DNA of 64,000 bases from Octopus vulgaris (Eukaryota), in assembly GCA_951406725.2 (NCBI GenBank), contig OX597815.1:171988001-172052000 (forward strand). The letters are read 5' to 3'. The notes beneath the pieces were generated by a model. The model did no database searches and was not told the DNA's origin. It saw only the letters and a list, made by a program, of their open reading frames with translations. Below are positions 63,957 to 64,000 of the stretch, one piece after another. Numbering within the stretch: the stretch's first letter is position 1; each line of letters begins with the position of its first letter. A program made the translations under genes and the position numbers.

Positions 63957-64000
63957 CATATATATGATGGGCTTCTTTCAGTTTCCGTCTACCAAATCCA
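63668..64000 (-). mobile_element. SINE family A copy (runs off the window end)
   Basis: Reverse complement of the family A 3' half. Confidence 0.85.

Overview
AT-rich, microsatellite- and SINE-dense eukaryotic DNA. The repeat content looks like a coleoid cephalopod (octopus-like) genome, which is an inference. Two protein-coding genes are supported, both on the minus strand: an intronless class A GPCR (6455-7402) and an IBA57/CAF17-like mitochondrial Fe-S assembly factor. The IBA57-like gene has six phase-consistent coding exons (58944 to 38168, 1242 nt, 413 aa) and a probable 5' UTR exon/promoter near 61.1 kb. The rest is transposon debris: a young 5'-truncated Penelope-like (Neptune-type) retroelement, mariner/Tc1 relics, MITEs, RTE, CR1-like and R4/Dong-like LINE ends, and several tRNA-derived SINE families. 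The most striking signal is five different type I hammerhead-ribozyme motifs, read by eye. Four lie in short non-coding fold-back or inverted-repeat elements, three of which sit in (TA)n tracts. In three of them the inversion point is at the ribozyme's 5' edge, and two lie in sense orientation inside IBA57 introns. Repeat boundaries were read manually and are approximate unless stated otherwise.
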